From Alphaproteobacteria bacterium (GTDB lineage: Bacteria; Pseudomonadota; Alphaproteobacteria; Rs-D84), in NCBI GenBank assembly GCA_046882065.1, contig JBKSMY010000027.1, positions 1 through 44,242 on the forward strand: a stretch of 44,242 nt of DNA, read 5' to 3'. The translations under genes and the position numbers were made by a program. The notes below the pieces were generated by a model, which saw only the letters and a list, made by a program, of their open reading frames with translations, had not been told where the DNA came from and did not search any database. This document shows positions 41,378 to 44,242 of this stretch, piece after piece. Every line of letters starts with the position of its first letter. Positions within the stretch are counted from its first letter, which is position 1.

Positions 41378-42256
41378 ATGCCCGCCAAGAACAAAAATGT
41401 TGCTCGTGAATGGTTTAACACAATTTTTTATGGGGCGCTGATTGCCATCATTTTTCGCAGTTTTCTGCTGGAACCATTTAACATTCCGTCTGGATCTATG
41501 ATACCAACATTGCACGTTGGCGACCATATCTTTGTTGAAAAGTGGGCATACGGTTATTCGCGCTATTCGTTCCCATTTGGATCTTGGAAAATGTGGGATG
41601 GTCGTTTCTGGGCGACCGAGCCTGAAATCGGTGATGTCATCGTGTTCCGCAACCCGATTAACGAACAGCAGGATTATGTAAAACGTCTGATTGGCAAACC
41701 CGGCGACAAGATTCAGATGATTGACGGTCGTCTGCACATTAACGGAACGATGATTCCACGCGAAAATCCACGTCCTTATATTGTTGCTATGTTGCCTAAA
41801 TCTATGCGTTCTGTTGGGTATTATCGCGATAACATGTCGATTAAGGGAAATAAGATTTGGGTTAACAACGAACCTGCAGACTTTAATTACACGATTGAGT
41901 ACAAACCAGATGATTTCTGTCACATGTACAACGGTGCATGCGGTGTATTTAATGCGACCGAATATACTGAAACCTTACCAAACGGCGTGTCGCACAGCAT
42001 AATTGAAATGGCTGACAATGCATACTTTGATAACACAGAATTGTTTACGGTTCCTGAAAATCATTACTTTTTTATGGGTGACAACCGCGACAACAGTGGC
42101 GACAGCCGTGGTGATGTTGGCTTTGTTCCGCGTGATAATGTCCTGGGCAGCGTTTGGTTTGTATGGTATTCGCACAATTATTACTCACCAATGTTGGCCA
42201 TATGGAATTGGGGAAACAAGATGCGTTGGAACAGATTTGGTATGGGGATAAATTAA
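41378..42256 (+). CDS. lepB: Signal peptidase I
   Basis: IPSGSMIPTL, YVKRLIG, GDNRDNSGDSR. Confidence 0.96.
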   Translation: MPAKNKNVAREWFNTIFYGALIAIIFRSFLLEPFNIPSGSMIPTLHVGDHIFVEKWAYGYSRYSFPFGSWKMWDGRFWATEPEIGDVIVFRNPINEQQDYVKRLIGKPGDKIQMIDGRLHINGTMIPRENPRPYIVAMLPKSMRSVGYYRDNMSIKGNKIWVNNEPADFNYTIEYKPDDFCHMYNGACGVFNATEYTETLPNGVSHSIIEMADNAYFDNTELFTVPENHYFFMGDNRDNSGDSRGDVGFVPRDNVLGSVWFVWYSHNYYSPMLAIWNWGNKMRWNRFGMGIN

Positions 42257-42257
42257 A

Positions 42258-42905
42258 ATGCAAGAACTAGGTTACGAATTTAAGAACAAATCATTGTTGG
42301 ATCTTGCGCTGACGCAAAGTGGTGTTAATTCCATCCATAACAATGAACGATTGGAATTTATTGGTGATCGCGTGCTGGGATTGTCCGTGGCGGATTTGTT
42401 GATGGATATGTATCCATCTGAAACCGAAGGCGAACTGGCGCGTCGTCATGCACAATTGGTGTCTACGGACACATTGGGTACATTGGCGCACGAAATGGGA
42501 ATTGATAAGCGTGTACGTCATGGGCATATGACTGCGGGTCGCACAAAGCACATGCTTGCCAACACGATGGAGGCTATATTTGGTGCTATCTATATTGATG
42601 GCGGGTTCGAAGCCGCCCGTACGGTAATTATAAACCTGTGGCGCGATTTGGCGTCGCGTGATATTATCGCGCCCAAGGATCCGAAAACTGCACTCCAAGA
42701 ATTAGTTCAACAGACGTCCAAGGGTCAATTACCTGTTTACGAGTATGGGGCTGGTACGGGTGCATCGCACAATCCGGTATTTCACGCCCGTGTCAGCGCC
42801 CTGGGGCAAACCGCAACCGCATCTGGTGATTCTAAAAAGGCGGCCAGCACTGCTGCTGCTGCAGAATTACTGAAAATGCTTGCAAAATCAGATAATGCGA
42901 ATTAA
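42258..42905 (+). CDS. rnc: Ribonuclease III
   Basis: NERLEFIGDRVL, EAIFGAIYIDGG, dsRBD DPKTALQE. Confidence 0.95.
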   Translation: MQELGYEFKNKSLLDLALTQSGVNSIHNNERLEFIGDRVLGLSVADLLMDMYPSETEGELARRHAQLVSTDTLGTLAHEMGIDKRVRHGHMTAGRTKHMLANTMEAIFGAIYIDGGFEAARTVIINLWRDLASRDIIAPKDPKTALQELVQQTSKGQLPVYEYGAGTGASHNPVFHARVSALGQTATASGDSKKAASTAAAAELLKMLAKSDNAN

Positions 42906-42938
42906 AATCAACGCAACAAAAAGATATAAGGGTAAAAA

Positions 42939-43259
42939 ATGTTTTCGATTTTATTGGTTTTGTTAATTATCGTCGCAGTTATGATGATTGGTTTAATTTT
43001 ATTACAAAAGTCCGAAGGTTCTGGCATGTCTGGTTCATCTGCGGCATCAATGTTTGGTGGTGCGTTGACTGGTGCAGCGGCTGGTAATTTTCTGACCCGT
43101 GCGACGGCATGGTTGGCGACAATTTTCTTTGTATTATGTGCGGCATTGGCATTGGTTGCGTCTAAATCAGATATGGCGGCGCCACAAAGTGATTTGCGCA
43201 ACGAAATCGTACATCAGGAAAGCGCGCCACAACCTGCGCCCGCCCCAATCACAGAATAA
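42939..43259 (+). CDS. secG: Preprotein translocase SecG
   Basis: ILLQKSEG, NFLTRATAWLATIFF. Confidence 0.92.
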   Translation: MFSILLVLLIIVAVMMIGLILLQKSEGSGMSGSSAASMFGGALTGAAAGNFLTRATAWLATIFFVLCAALALVASKSDMAAPQSDLRNEIVHQESAPQPAPAPITE

Positions 43260-43264
43260 AAATC

Positions 43265-43287
43265 AATCCCGCCAATCGGCGGGATTT

Positions 43288-43289
<2 letters not shown>
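43265..43289. terminator. Bidirectional intrinsic terminator
   Basis: AATCCCGCC-AATC-GGCGGGATTTTT. Confidence 0.8.
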
Positions 43290-44241
<952 letters not shown>

Positions 44242-44242
44242 C

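Overview
A compact, gene-dense chromosomal window with no intact prophage, IS element or CRISPR array. The housekeeping proteins (GAPDH, Tgt, S4, RecG, LepB, Lgt, LigA) look alphaproteobacterial. AckA, L-LDH and a 2[4Fe-4S] ferredoxin suggest a fermentative, probably host-associated reduced genome (inference). It carries about 45 CDS, an RNase P RNA, a tRNA-Ser(TGA) and a family of near-identical bidirectional terminators. The most unusual observations are: (1) a Lon homologue with N-domain and intact AAA+ module but no protease domain, ending in a ClpX/ClpA-like IGF motif; (2) a partial tRNA-Ser copy split in the anticodon loop by an 80-nt insert just upstream of the real tRNA, plus a degenerate inverted copy of the tRNA 3' end downstream; (3) a solitary Mtd-N-type tail-fibre-like gene behind a tandem-hairpin leader; (4) a stand-alone four-HTH repeat protein next to a methyltransferase-like gene; (5) an RNase P RNA apparently lacking P13/P14; (6) several apparently leaderless genes. 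All family calls come from motif recognition by eye; no searches were run.
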